Shown: piece by piece, positions 1-11,339 of the stretch
Layout of the letters: the number at the start of each line of letters is the position of its first letter
How positions within the stretch are numbered: the first letter of the stretch is position 1
Assembly: GCA_010909165.1 (NCBI GenBank)
Contig: MU008170.1
Location: forward strand, 1,054,001-1,118,000
Direction of reading: 5' to 3'
Length of the DNA stretch: 64,000 bases
From: Anthoceros angustus
Lineage: Eukaryota; Plantae; Anthocerotophyta
Translations under genes and position numbers: made by a program
Notes under the pieces: generated by a model
Databases searched by the model: none
What the model saw: only the letters and a program-made list of their open reading frames with translations
What the model was told of the DNA's origin: nothing

Positions 1-54
1 AGGTTGCTCGTCATCGAATCTTGCACGGCCCCTGTAGTGTCTTCGTTAGGTAGA

Positions 55-1330
55 GGATTCCTTGACAACCCATCGATTAGAGTGAACTCTACCCTGTTCG
101 ATGACAAAGTCATACTCACGGAGAATGAGAGCCCACCTCGCCGCCCGTAAGCTTGGCGTTCGTCATCAACCAATGCAAGGGTTGATGGTGGTGATTAGTC
201 GAAATTGATGTCCAAACAATGCGGACGAAAGTGTCCGATTGCCCTGCTCTGCAAGACATTCTCCTTCATAGGCGAGTAGTTGGACTCACTTTGGTTGTTG
301 CTCCGACGGCATAGGCAATGACATGTTCCTCTTCCTTGTCATTGATCTGCGCCAAGGCCCCTATCCGTACTTGCCAATCGATTAAAAAATCGAGCAGCTT
401 GAAGTTTGGATGACCAAGAATTGGCGAGCTCATGAGTCTACCCTTCAACTCCATGAAAGCGACTCCTCCTCTTGAGTCCAACGCCAAGTCACCAACTTCT
501 TCAACAAGTCATTCAATGGTGCGCAATCCGCTCATCCGCGGAATGAACTTCCTGTAGTAACACCAAACCCAAGAATGCCCTCAACTTGAGATGTCGTTTG
601 GCACAGGAATGCGCGATTGCCTCCACCTTGGTGGCATGCGGCGAGATCCGTCGCGTGATCCAATGACCCAAGTACAACACCTTATCCTCTCCAAATCGAC
701 ACTTCCTGGATGGGCCTTCAACCACGCGGCCGATCTAGCAAAAGGCTCGAAGATGTTGTAGATGCTCCTCAAAGGTATTCTGAAGATGATGACGTCATCA
801 ATGTAGCACTTGGCGAAATGCAAGTCCTTGAGCTCATTGTCCATGTACCTTTGGAAGCTGCGTTGGCGATGTCTTCAACCCAAATGGCATGTAATTCCAC
901 TCGTACAAGCAATCTACGCCCCCGAGCGTTTTCTTCTTGTCTTCTTCGGCAATCTCTACTTGGTGAAACCCTAGCCTCAAGTCCAATGTTGAGAAGAACT
1001 TGGCAGACCCAATGGTGTCGAAGATCTCTTGAGTCGGCATGGGATAGTGGTCATGTGGGATTCGCTCGTTCAACGGCCGATAGTCACCACACATTCTCCT
1101 CTCGTCCACAATCCATTCTCATCCTTCTTTTGAAGCCATCGCGGTGCGTCTGCGAGTTAGATCGTCGAATCAGCCCTAGCTTGAGAAGCTCTTGGCATCG
1201 ATTCTCAACCAAATCCCACTCGGCCTTGAGCCACATGCCTCTGCGGAACCTTTGGTTCATCCGTGGTCATTCTATGTGGAACTTCCCTTTGGTGTACTTC
1301 CCCATCTCTCATAGCGTGAAAGCAAACACA
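55..1330 (-). pseudogene. Reverse transcriptase and RNase H of element 1 (frameshifted)
   Basis: ORF fragments MCGDYRPLNERIPHDHYPMPT, FFSTLDLRLGFHQV, MPFGLK, CYIDDVIIF, KCRFGEDKVLYLGH, LRAFLGL and PILGHPNF...HVIAYA. Confidence 0.93.
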
Positions 1331-1554
1331 TGTCGCGATGCCTCCAACAACTCCTTTAGGCGGCGTTGATTGCTCTTCAACTCGGGCCTGTTAACCACTC
1401 ATGTGGGCTGGCTCGAGATGCACGCTTCCTCGTGCTCGCTCTCCTTGCCCTCAAACTCGCCTTCTCCTGTTGAGATGCGAGTGCGAATATCCTTCACCCG
1501 AACCCGGACCCGCCCCTTCTTGGTTTGAAGTTGGTAAGCGACTCCAGCTAAACA

Positions 1555-2450
1555 ACGGTCATCATGTTCACGTCAAATGCTTGCCCAAGCAATCGACACC
1601 GTTCCTTCTCGGTCACTCCGGTGTCTTCGTGGCTCGGCATCAAATCCATGGCCAACTCCCTCTCTGTGGTATTGGCTCTCCCAAACCTCGCCATGTCATC
1701 CACCACAACGCCGGGGCCATGGTTCTGAAGGCGTAAGACTTGGACTTAGACACAAAGGTTGGCCAAGCCGCCATGGGGTGTCCAGGCGTGTTCACAGGAA
1801 GTCGGCGGCTTGTCGATCTTGATGACTTGTTGGGCATGCCTTCCGATGCTAGCACATCCTTGACAACATGATTAGGTCGCTTGGTGAGCGACCTCGCACA
1901 CTTCAAATGTTCCAAGGAGCAAGGTTAGTCCACATGGACCTCAACCTATGAGCCCTCGAACCAAATTGAGTGCATCCAATAGAAGCTCGACCCAACACTC
2001 CTCGGATCGTGGCAAAGTCCTCCGAACTTGCTTCTTCACGCTCATGCATGGCACATTCTCCAACATGTATCCACAAGGCCTTTCTTGCCCTTTGGATCAA
2101 GCGCAAGATCCTCATCGGTCATAGAACAATGCTTTGTTGGATCCTTGAGACCTTGACCCTTACTGCAGAGGATAGTCCTTGACACTCCCAACTGCGATGA
2201 CAAGGTCCACCGGTTGCCCAAGACAACTCAAATGGGACAACCCTATCATGCGAACATCCATCCAGCCTTCCGGTAACCCTTCACGGCTCCACGTCGGAGG
2301 TTAGGTACTCCCCATCAAGTCTCTTACGCCACGCGGCACAATCCTTGCTTTTGGATCCGGGTCACAATGCACGTATCTTCGCACTTTGATGCCACACTTT
2401 AGCACCGCCCGGTCGATGCCTCCAAAGAGTTCCACGAGCACTATGCCTTC
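1555..2450 (-). pseudogene. C5-cytosine DNA methyltransferase domain inside the pol of element 1
   Basis: Manual translation gives motif I GIVLVELFGGI (~2415-2450), II/III AVLKCGIKVRRYVHCD, IV VDLVIA.WECQGLS (~2170-2212), VI GYMLENVP (ENV at 2052-2060), VIII FGSRAHRLRSMWTNL, IX ERELAM and X RCRLLGQAFDV, all in canonical order. Confidence 0.9.
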
Positions 2451-2859
2451 CGAGGTCGCCATGTGATGACACAGGTGTTTAGGTCACAACAGGCTCAACC
2501 CTAGGCAAGAACTTACATGAGTTCTCGGCTCATAGGAAGGTCCTCTTGCACCATCCTCCAGCTTTTGCGGCTCATTCTGCGTCCGGCTCCGTCACTTGAA
2601 GAACCTCCTCCGAGGGTGGTTGCAACCCTAGCTTGTTTTCCTCCTCCTCGTCGAAATCCTCCATCAGGTCGATTGCGGTTTAGACACACGCCAGAGGTTC
2701 AAGCACGTATGTCCTCTTCCTCTGGTAAACTGGGTGAGTTTGGCAATGAGGTTCTCATGATCCTTGCCATGCTGTAGAGGGATGCGGGCAATCCGTTCAT
2801 CGGTTTTGCTCAGCTTCTCCACTGGTCGATAGTAGACTGCCTTCCACAAATCCACCATG

Positions 2860-3160
2860 ACTCTGGTTTGTACAAAGCGTCCGCTCCCGGCAAGACATCA
2901 AAGTGTATGCGCATCAAGCGGTGTACCTCGACAAAGGTGAAGTCTGCTGTTCTTGGTTTGAATGAAACCTTGACTTGTACCTTGTCACCCCAACACATGC
3001 TCGTGGTCCCAGTGCGGTCTGGATCTTCCACTTGGTTTCCTTCAACCTTTCTTGGTGGAGACCCAACGCTTCCTTCACTCTTCTTCCAACGATCCGGTGT
3101 GCTCGGTGTCAATCAACACCCTCCTTGGTGCGAATCCATTGATTTCAATGTGCCTCTCCG
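2860..3160 (-). pseudogene. Aspartic protease of element 1
   Basis: HIEINGFAPRRVLIDT (D-T-G-type active site, disrupted), followed by a beta-rich segment ending FDVLPGADAL. Confidence 0.7.
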
Positions 3161-3543
3161 ATTGTTGACCAAAGCCACTCCCTCGTGCGACATTCCGCTT
3201 CTCCACGAGATGCTTGGCTCCGAGGTCAATGACATCATTGCCACTGTTGTGGCACATTGTGACACTTGCTTGCGTCTTCAAGGGTTGTCAACATCCGAGT
3301 CAAACCCGACTTCCTTCACGCTCAACCCCATGTCTTGTAGGCTGAAACATGGCATCTCCAGAAGCTTTTGTGCCATCGTCTCCGTCAGCAATCTGCGCAT
3401 GGGTTTCTCCACATCGCCCACTGGACTTTGATGTTGCTCCCACAGTTGCTCCTGTTGGCAATGGCTCAAACGACTTTGGCATCTTGGCATAGGTTCGGAA
3501 GAGGATCCCGAAGCTTCCTTCCGTGTCTTCCGCACTGCAGGTG

Positions 3544-4934
3544 TCAAGACGTCCTCTTCTTCCTCTGAGCTATCTTCTCTCGTAGCTGCCAGAGGTTTCT
3601 TCCCTGCCCTTGGATCGTCACGATCGCCATGTATCCAAGCTTGTGCTCATCTTCTTCGTCCTCGATGATGAACTGCTGCTCTCCTTGATCTTCGCCTTCC
3701 GCACTTCTCCAGCTTTGCAAGGCGTGCCACGTGTCCATCGCCTTCTTTGATGCTTCCGTTTCTTTTGTCCACGGGACTTGGCGGTGCCTCCTCCACGGCG
3801 CCTTTGCTCTTGATTTTGTGGATGAGGTTGGCGAGATGCATTGGCGGGGTTGCTGCTCGATAACCCGTAGGCCGCAATTCGGATGCTTCTCCCAACATGC
3901 CGCTTCATTGTGCCCGTACCTCCCACAGCTAGGGCATGGCTCCTCACCCTTGACTCCTCCGAATGCATGCTCGCACTCATGAGGGGAATGGTCCGTCCCT
4001 CGGCACCTCACGCAGGGGCTCGTCACTTGGGCTGTGTGGGCTGGCTTGTCTCGCCGAGCTCCTCCACTCTGACCTCCGCGTCGGTCATGTCGTCCACCAC
4101 TCCTACTTGTGTTGGAGTAATCACTTGCAACAGCACGAGAGAAAGTGTCAGCGGGCCCTATCTTGTCAGCCATCTCGTACACTTCCTTGAGGGTGTAGTG
4201 TTGCCTTCGTCTTTGTGCAGCTTGTTGCACCTTCATGCGCGTGCATATGGCAATGCCGCAAGTACTTCTCTGCGCCGGTCGGTCACTCATGATCTTGGTG
4301 TCACGTACCAACGGTCGATTCTTGATAAGCCATCTTCAGCTCGCGACTTCATCTTGAAGTGTCGGCTCGGAGATCTTCTCATCCGTGCTTGGAAACTCCA
4401 GGAAGATGTCAAACATCTCTTGATGGGATCGTGCCCACTCGGTGCCTTCTCCGTCTGCCGGTTCCTTGAGCTTGAACTGCTACTCACTGGTCCTCCATGC
4501 CGCTCAACCTCGCCTTGTGCTCGCGATAGCCCAATGCTTCATCCCCAAGTACTTGCATTTGGATGAAGCCGTGTATCGTGTGTCCGGTCTTCAATTCCAT
4601 CTCCGCACACACCCGTACTTCTCGATGAAGTCCTCCAGTGGCAAGGTGCCGCTCCTGTGAACAACTCCATTCGATCCTTGTCTCCTCCCATCTTGACGAC
4701 TCCTAGAGACAAGTCCTCCTCGCTGTCGCTTCCAGAGTTGTCCCGGCAGCACCAACGTGTCTTGTGTGTTGCCACTCACAGATCCTTCAAAGATTGTTGA
4801 TTGGGTCGCTGGGTTCCTCCGCGTCCTTGTGGTACCAAAATCGAGTGTTCACTTCTCCTCTTGGTCGGGACTTGAATTCGCCTCGATGGACTTCTTTGGT
4901 TGGTAGCTCCGTCCGGATCGAGTGTGTCAGGCAT
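3544..4934 (-). pseudogene. Gag of element 1 (frameshifted)
   Basis: Two zinc knuckles, CVRCRGTDHSPHEC and CPSCGRYGHNEAAC, and a capsid-like N-terminus (MELFTG...LEDFIEKY). Candidate ATG at 4934. Confidence 0.75.
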
Positions 4935-5116
4935 GCACTCCAGGCGGTTAGTGGCTAGATCAAACCCTTAATCAAGGTTAACACACCCCGCTATCTTAGA
5001 TCGTGATTAGTGAAACCTCTAAGTATCTATGCATGTTAAAATCGCATAGAAATACTCTGCAGGCTATATCACAGTCAAAAATGTGAGCTGGGTGAGTTGG
5101 ATAGCAAAGGCGTAGG

Positions 5117-5168
5117 AACTCCAGAGTTAAGCACCCGCGGGGTGGATCAGTACCTGGATGGGGTGCCG
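5117..5168 (+). promoter_or_regulatory. 5S rRNA-derived RNA polymerase III internal control region (A box, IE, C box)
   Basis: AACTCCagAGTTAAGC-16 nt-AGTACctGGATGGGGTG aligns with the same spacing to plant 5S rRNA AACTCCgcAGTTAAGC-16 nt-AGTACtaGGATGGGTG. TTTT follows at 5181-5184. The flanks are not 5S-like. Confidence 0.75.
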
Positions 5169-5354
5169 ACAAACTAGGACTTTTGGACAGAAAGTGAAAT
5201 CAATGGACTGATGACATACCCATGTCTATCCGCTTCCCTTATCCCTTGGAATCCGGGCCCAAGAGTAAAATACTCTTGTTTCTCCTTGGTTGGTTGGCCT
5301 TAAAAGGCCAGCCCCTGTGGAGGCCTCATTCCTCTCCTTGGTAGCTTCTTGCCT

Positions 5355-5640
5355 TCTTCCTCCTCTCCTTGGCCTTGGACTTGGGCTTCTTCGCCTCCTC
5401 TCCTTGGCCTTGGACTTGGGCTTCTTCGCCTCCTCTCCTTGGCCTTGGACTTGGGCTTCTTCCTCCTCTCCTTGGCCTTGGACTTGGGCTTCTTCGCCTC
5501 CTCTCTTGGCCTTGGACTTGGGCTTCCCGCCTCCTCTTGGCCTTGGCTTGGGCTTCTTCCTCCTCTCTGGCCTTGGCTTGGGCTGGCCTCCTCTCTTGGG
5601 CTTCTTCGCCTCCTCTGGCCTTGGACTTGGGCTCTTGGCC
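5355..5640. repeat. 35-bp minisatellite in the leader of element 1
   Basis: Unit tcctctccttggccttggacttgggcttcttcgcc starts at 5361, 5396 and 5431, then continues as degenerate copies. Confidence 0.9.
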
Positions 5641-5734
5641 TGCTTGGGCTCGTTCTCGCGTAGCCTCGCCTCGCGGCCTTGCTAGCCTGGCTAGCATCGC
5701 TGCTAGCCGCCTGGCATGCTCGCTCGCCTGGCAC

Positions 5735-5800
5735 CTGCCTAGCATCGCCTATCGCCTAGCATCGCATCGCCTAGCACGCCTAGCATCGCCTAGCATCGCC
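5735..5800. repeat. About 10-bp tandem repeat (ctagcatcgc)n
   Basis: Repeated gcctagcatc/ctagcatcgc units are directly visible. Confidence 0.8.
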
Positions 5801-5821
5801 CATCAGCTATCAGTGCTGTGA

Positions 5822-5831
5822 GATCATAGCT
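5822..5831 (-). promoter_or_regulatory. Putative self-priming primer-binding site of element 1
   Basis: Minus-strand AGCTATGATC directly follows the LTR end (...GTTACA). It is complementary to GATCATAGCT starting at 5975, 30 nt downstream of the LTR TATA box. No TGG-type tRNA PBS is present. Confidence 0.65.
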
Positions 5832-6391
5832 TGTAACAACGGGAGTAGCTCGCACGTCGTGGCACAAACACACTCTCCCACGAGAACAACACGCAAATTC
5901 CTCACACATCGCTCACGGGTCATAGCTTTGGCCTCCTCACTCTTGCATTGCATATCTAGAGGACAAGCTATGATCCAGCTTGTCCTCAATGGAAGGGTCT
6001 ATATAGACCTCGGCATATATTCCTAAGATATCCTATTGGCATCGATACGCATGAAATATCCTAAGAATACACTATAATATGCAAGGAATATGCCAAAGCA
6101 TATTACTTGAGCTTATCCACTTAGCTATTGTATCCTAAGAATACACTATAATATGCAAGGAATATGCCAAAGCATATTACTTGAGCTTATCCACTTAGCT
6201 ATTGCTAACCATGTTTAATTAACACTAATCAATGCTTAATTAACATAAGCACATTAGATTAATTAACACTAATCAACGCTTAATTAACATAAGCACTTTA
6301 GATTAATTAACACCACTTACTTTTAAAGATAAGTAATTAGATTAATTAATGCTAATCAAACACTAAACCCAAGTGCGAGATTAGTATCACA
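5832..6391 (-). repeat. 5' LTR of element 1 (about 560 bp)
   Basis: On the minus strand it starts TGTGATAC at 6391 and ends TGTTACA at 5832. TATATA lies at 6005-6000. U3 has a 74-bp tandem duplication (6057-6204) and AT-rich ttaattaac repeats. The partner LTR is outside the window. Confidence 0.6.
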
Positions 6392-8688
6392 CCACGGCAG
6401 CGAGGCACCATACCTACCTATGGCGAAGATTGTGAGGGAGGTGATTGATAAGTTGGCTTGCCAGCTGATCGACTGAAGGGACCACCTGCCTTGGCCACAC
6501 ATAGCAGTGTACATAGTGTCAGGCGGATTGATCACGGTGATATGCTCCCTGCCATCAAAGCGATTGGAACGAGCAAGTAAGTCGAGGTCTGGCTCTGTCA
6601 ACACCCTCCAGGCGGGAGGCGGTGGACAATTTGAGTGGAACGAGTCCTATTCCGCACCATAGCATTCAAGAAAACGGAGGTGAGGTCGAATGGAGTATGA
6701 ACCGGCCAAGCAAGACATGTTCGTGTTCACCATGATGTCGCTATTGATTTTGAAGAAAAATTCGGATGGGCCATTGATGAGATGGTGCTCAAGTACAAGT
6801 CCTTTACCCGGAGATGGCTTTGAGGAAGATGAGCACGTTCTGGCCGGAGAAGCCCTTACATGTTATCGTGATTGCAAGGATCAAATTTTGCAAGATGCCC
6901 GATCCTTGCACGGCAGAGCAAAAGGACTTTGAAAGGAGACGAAGGAACATCGTCCAAATGGGCACTGCCATCACATTTCTAGTGGATGAAATGTTCAAGC
7001 CTGCGGAGATGTTCCGTGTCCCCTATCGAAAAGATCCAGAATGTCTAGATTCACCATCAAGCCCAATGAGGCCTCTTAGATCGGCATATTTGAGGCTAAG
7101 ACATTTGGTGAAGACACACGAGTGAAGACCATGCGGGAGGCCACAAATTTACATAGCCGCTCTTCCGTGGACAGAAGGGTAATTGCCAACTTCCTACACA
7201 TGCTACATGGCGCGGACTATGAGCTGAGTAGGCTTATGAAATGGCGGAGAGAGTCAGGAGGATGCATGACCAAGGCACGTATTGGGAGGAACACAACCTC
7301 GCTAAGGCAGCTGACTGTCACGCAACAAGAGCACAAGGAGGAGTTCCCATGACTGGCGGACTGCGAGCGTTGGCGGCACCTCGCCCGGGGAGCGGCAATA
7401 GTGCACCCGGCGGCTCCACAAATGCTCATGCGCGGGGTTCTCACAAAGCCTTTGAATGTGAGTTCAGGCGGGTGGCTAAGGAAAAGGAGGTGTGTAGGAC
7501 TGCGCCAAGACGGGCCACATACGGAGGCAAGATGTTGGCAAGCACACCCGGAGTTCAGCCCAAGGGGTTGGAGAGCAGTGGGCGACAAAATGAAGCCAAC
7601 CCGGTTACACAGGAAGGCGCTTCTAAGTGAGGTACATCGGTTGCAGAACAATTGGCGATGAGTGTAAGCACAAAGAGCCACCGACGCCGAAGAGTACTGA
7701 CTCGGACCAAGAAGTGTATGCGCTAACGACCGTAGGGGTGACCTACAGGAAATAGTAGCCGCCAAAACAAAAGGATTGGGACAAGGAGCCAACCAAGATG
7801 CCGGGATCCTTCCAGATGGAGGATCCACAGGCACATGAACTCCGCAGGCGGGAAGCCGCCCAACATGGAGCTCTTCATCGAGAAGGCAATGGACGTGCCC
7901 ATGGTCGCCTCGCGACTGGGAGTGAAGGCTACCCATTCAGAGCGATGCATGGATGAAAGGTGCATACCGGGACGCGATGTCCGGCTTCACCAACCTATGG
8001 GGAACATCTCGAAACCAGCTGCGGGAAAAGGGAGTCGCCATGGTGGACAATCGCCAAGAAGTCACGTGAATGGCTTAGCCGAATGCGTCTAGACACGGCT
8101 GGACCGCACAGGGATCCGTGCACTCTGTACCTATGCGTGATTGAGCCTAGCCATGTGAATGCACGTGATCACCACGTCCATGGGTACCAGTGGAGCAAGT
8201 AATGGGGATCACGAGGGATCCGGTTCGCATAGAGCTTAAGCCGTACCAAGGATGCGGCGGTTCTTGAAGTTCATTGCTTGGTGTCCAATGCAAGGAACTA
8301 TGATGTGCCGTTTACCAGCCACATGGACCAGCAATGGGAGTAGATCCACTTTTCGTGGCATTCTGATCATGACAGCGACGGGACTTCTCATGGTCCGAAT
8401 CCCGCTTAGTATGAGGAGAACTGGGAGAACACAGCAAGACTGCAGTGACCCGGATTAAGTGTTCATGGCCGAGGTGTGGAAGTCAAGAACTAACAGGGAG
8501 GAAATTCGGGACGGGTAGAGCGGATGCTTGCTTGTATGTCGAGCACAAGGCAATTGATGCAAGGGAACATCTCTACAGAGTGGTTCAGAGTGTCCTTAAC
8601 CCGTGAGTGCCGAGCGACCTAAAAGCTAGTTTTGAATCCGCCAAGCTGGGTCAACAACAAGGTGATCCGGTGGAAGGTGGGAGGGCAG

Positions 8689-9530
8689 GGCATTCATCTC
8701 ATGGAACTTTGCTCCGGGATCAGCGGGTTGGGCGGTGTTGAGAAGCGGCATTCGGATAAAGAAATACACATGTGTCGAAGGATGAAAGGCGCGTCGGTGG
8801 CGGGACTAGAATTATGCACGGATGCAAGGAACACGCCGCGATGATTAGTAGAGAAGCGATCAAGGGATGCCAAAGCCGGTTGCTGCGGACATCTTGTTAG
8901 TGGGAAAGCGTCAAATTGATGCCCTTGGATGCAAGGTGGATATGTTGGTTGCGGAGATGCAGAACTTTTCCTGTAGTCACGGCAATGGCATGGAATTAGC
9001 ATCGGAAGTCATCCGGATTCGAGGAAGTGCAAGCGACCAACCCTTCCCGTGGTACCTACTCGGCGTGTGGTGCATTCGATGAGCGGCGTCCCGAAACAAT
9101 ACGCAACCTTTCGTAGACCGGGTGGGAGAAGAATTCATTGTGGGCCGTGCGAGACGGTTCATATGCACATCGAGTGCGAAGCTTCTGGACCAATGTTGGC
9201 GATGACATCCCCGAGGCATCACCCATGGTTGGCAGTACCGTATGTAAAGGACATTCTGGGTCCAGAAGGCCACAAGCGATGCAGGAGATAAAGTACCCCA
9301 TTATCCGATTGAGCGAGGTGGGAAAGCCAAGAAGGCGTGGCCCACACTCGTCCAAGACCGCAATCTGTTAGGAAAGGGGAGAAGGCATGGTACTGGACAC
9401 AAAGGGAAATGAAGTAGGGGAGCCAACGATAACAGAGCGGGAACGTGCCATGGGATTTGGTGCAGATGGCACTTGCACGCCTGGTGTGTCGGAATCGGCC
9501 CGATGCAGGTTGATCGGGCAAGCTTTGACA
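8689..9530 (+). pseudogene. C5-cytosine DNA methyltransferase domain inside the pol of element 2
   Basis: Motif I GIHLMELCSGISG, then AVLRSGIRIKKYTCVE, ADI, a damaged motif IV VDMLVA..QNFS, VIII DGSYAHRVRSFWTN, IX ERERAMGF and X RCRLIGQA.DM. Colinear with the element 1 domain. Confidence 0.85.
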
Positions 9531-9719
9531 TGACACCGCATGCAATGGTTGATCACCGCGGGTTTGGCTGAGATAGCCATGAGCCGTGAGAATGGGGATG
9601 GGCGTGATCTGTGAAGGTGAACTTACCTCCGTCGGAGAAACAAGAACGTGCCATGTCAGCCTCGCTACTTTGCCACAAGAAAGGAACTATGAGAATGCAG
9701 TCGACGATTGGCAGATATG

Positions 9720-11075
9720 TGAAGATTTGCAACCAGCTGAACGACAAAGGATCCGAGACATGTTACTCAGAAATCGTGGTACCTTCGCGTTCAGTTGGGC
9801 CGAACTAGGGCGATATGACCGTATCAAGTTCAAGATCACTACCACCACCAATGAACCTGTGTTCCGAAGAAGACACAAACTAAGTCCCATGGAATGGGAC
9901 ATCGTAGACAAACGGTGCAAGGAACTAGCTGCGGCTGGGCTAATCAGGAAGTCAACATCGCAATATGCTGCAGCTACCGTGCTGCCACTCAAGAAGGATG
10001 AACATGGGGAATGGAAGGATAGGAGAATGTGTGGGGACTACCGAGCTCTGAATGAAATAACGCCCATGGAGCGGTATCCCATGCCCACGCCTGATGAGAT
10101 CTTTGACGCCATTGGTGAAGCCAAGTACTTCACCACCCTTGACTTTCGATCTGGGTTCAATCGAGCAGTGATTGAGGAGGAGGACAAGTGCAAGACAGCG
10201 TTTTGGGGCAAAGAGCAGCTATGGGAATGGGAGACCATGCCATTCGGACTGAAGAATGCATCCATATATTTTCAACGTGTGGCTGACTTGGAATTGCAAG
10301 GTGGCGTTCGTCAAGTGTTACATCGATGACATTCTGGTGTTCAGCAATAACCGGAGGAACACATTGAGCACTTAGAGGTGCTGTTGCAGCGCTTGGCCAA
10401 ATCTGGATTGAAGGCCCATCCCAAGAAATGCAAGTTCGCATACAGGGAGATTGAATACCTAGGGCACAAGATTGTGCCAGGGGGCGTGCTGCCACAATTG
10501 GCCAAAGTACAAGCGATGAGTCTCATGCCCAGACCAAAGGATGTGGCTGCCTTGAGGGCGTTCCTGGGCTTGGTGAACTATTATCGTCGGTTTGTAAGGG
10601 ACATGAGCAGAACCTGCAAGCCACTATATGAGCTACTCAAAAGGGAAACTCGGTGGCACTGGGGGCAGGAGCAAGCGTGGCAGAGTTGAAAGAGCAAAGG
10701 GGAGGCCAATGCTTAAGAGGCCCAACCAGTGCCCTTCGCCTCTATACACGGATTGAGCACGAGGCATTGGTGCGCAGGCCCAAGATGAGGAAGGAAGAGA
10801 GCGGGTTGTGGCGTGCGGCGGTCGAATAACACTGAGGCCAACTATTCGTCTATGAAGGGAGTGCCTTGCACCGTAGGCGTACACTTAGAGTATACCTATT
10901 TGGTCAAGTTTTCAATTGTCACGGATCACCGCCATCAATCGGGCCGATGACCAACATGAAGCTAAGCGGGAAGCTTGCTAGGTGGGCTCTCCTGCTATCT
11001 GAGTATGATATGCAAATTGTGCACCGCGCTGGAAAGGTACACCTCAACGCTGATGGGCTCGCAGGAACCCGATGA
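9720..11075 (+). pseudogene. Reverse transcriptase and RNase H of element 2
   Basis: RRMCGDYRALN, YPMPTPDEIFD, FTTLDFRSGF, MPFGLKNA, YIDD (~10319-10330), LRAFLGLVNYYRRF and KLARWALLLSEYD...HLNADGL. Confidence 0.95.
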
Positions 11076-11339
11076 GTGGGGCAGAAGATACCACCGGGGC
11101 GAGACAAGACTTGGATCATGCAACATTTGCCCGCAGTATTTGGCGATGCTATCCTTGAGGCGTGATCAATGACGAAGGAGGTCGAGACATATGGAAGCTC
11201 GAGCATGCCATTCAGCTGTTAAGGGATGGGCATGTGGCTGATGTGGACACAATGTCACCTCCGTGCCGCATGACGATTGCTCGCTATACATACAAAGACG
11301 GCAAGGTGTATGTGGTTGATCGAGGGGTGAGTAAGGAGG

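Larger units (their letters stand above)
1..6391 (-). mobile_element. Ty3/Gypsy LTR retrotransposon 1 carrying a C5 DNA methyltransferase; 3' part runs off the window
   Basis: Minus-strand order is LTR (5832-6391), leader, gag with two CCHC knuckles, protease, DNMT, RT (RMCGDYRPLN, YIDD), RNase H (HVIAYA; DGLSRNP near 60-90). RT followed by RNase H with integrase later is the Gypsy order. Confidence 0.92.

Noticed and set aside
4829-4840. tRNA-Met PBS (TGGTACC on the minus strand)
   Set aside because: The match stops after a few bases, lies inside the probable gag 5' region and is not adjacent to an LTR end.
5076-5195. Functional 5S rRNA gene
   Set aside because: Only the internal promoter core matches. 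The 5' and 3' helix-forming ends of 5S are absent.
5300-5745. Histone H1-like KKPKSKAKE or SR-rich repeat protein
   Set aside because: The repeat unit is 35 bp, not a multiple of three, so the peptide cycles through frames. It is better explained as a non-coding minisatellite.
5355-6320. CRISPR-like array
   Set aside because: The repeats are contiguous with no unique spacers, the context is eukaryotic, and there are no cas genes.
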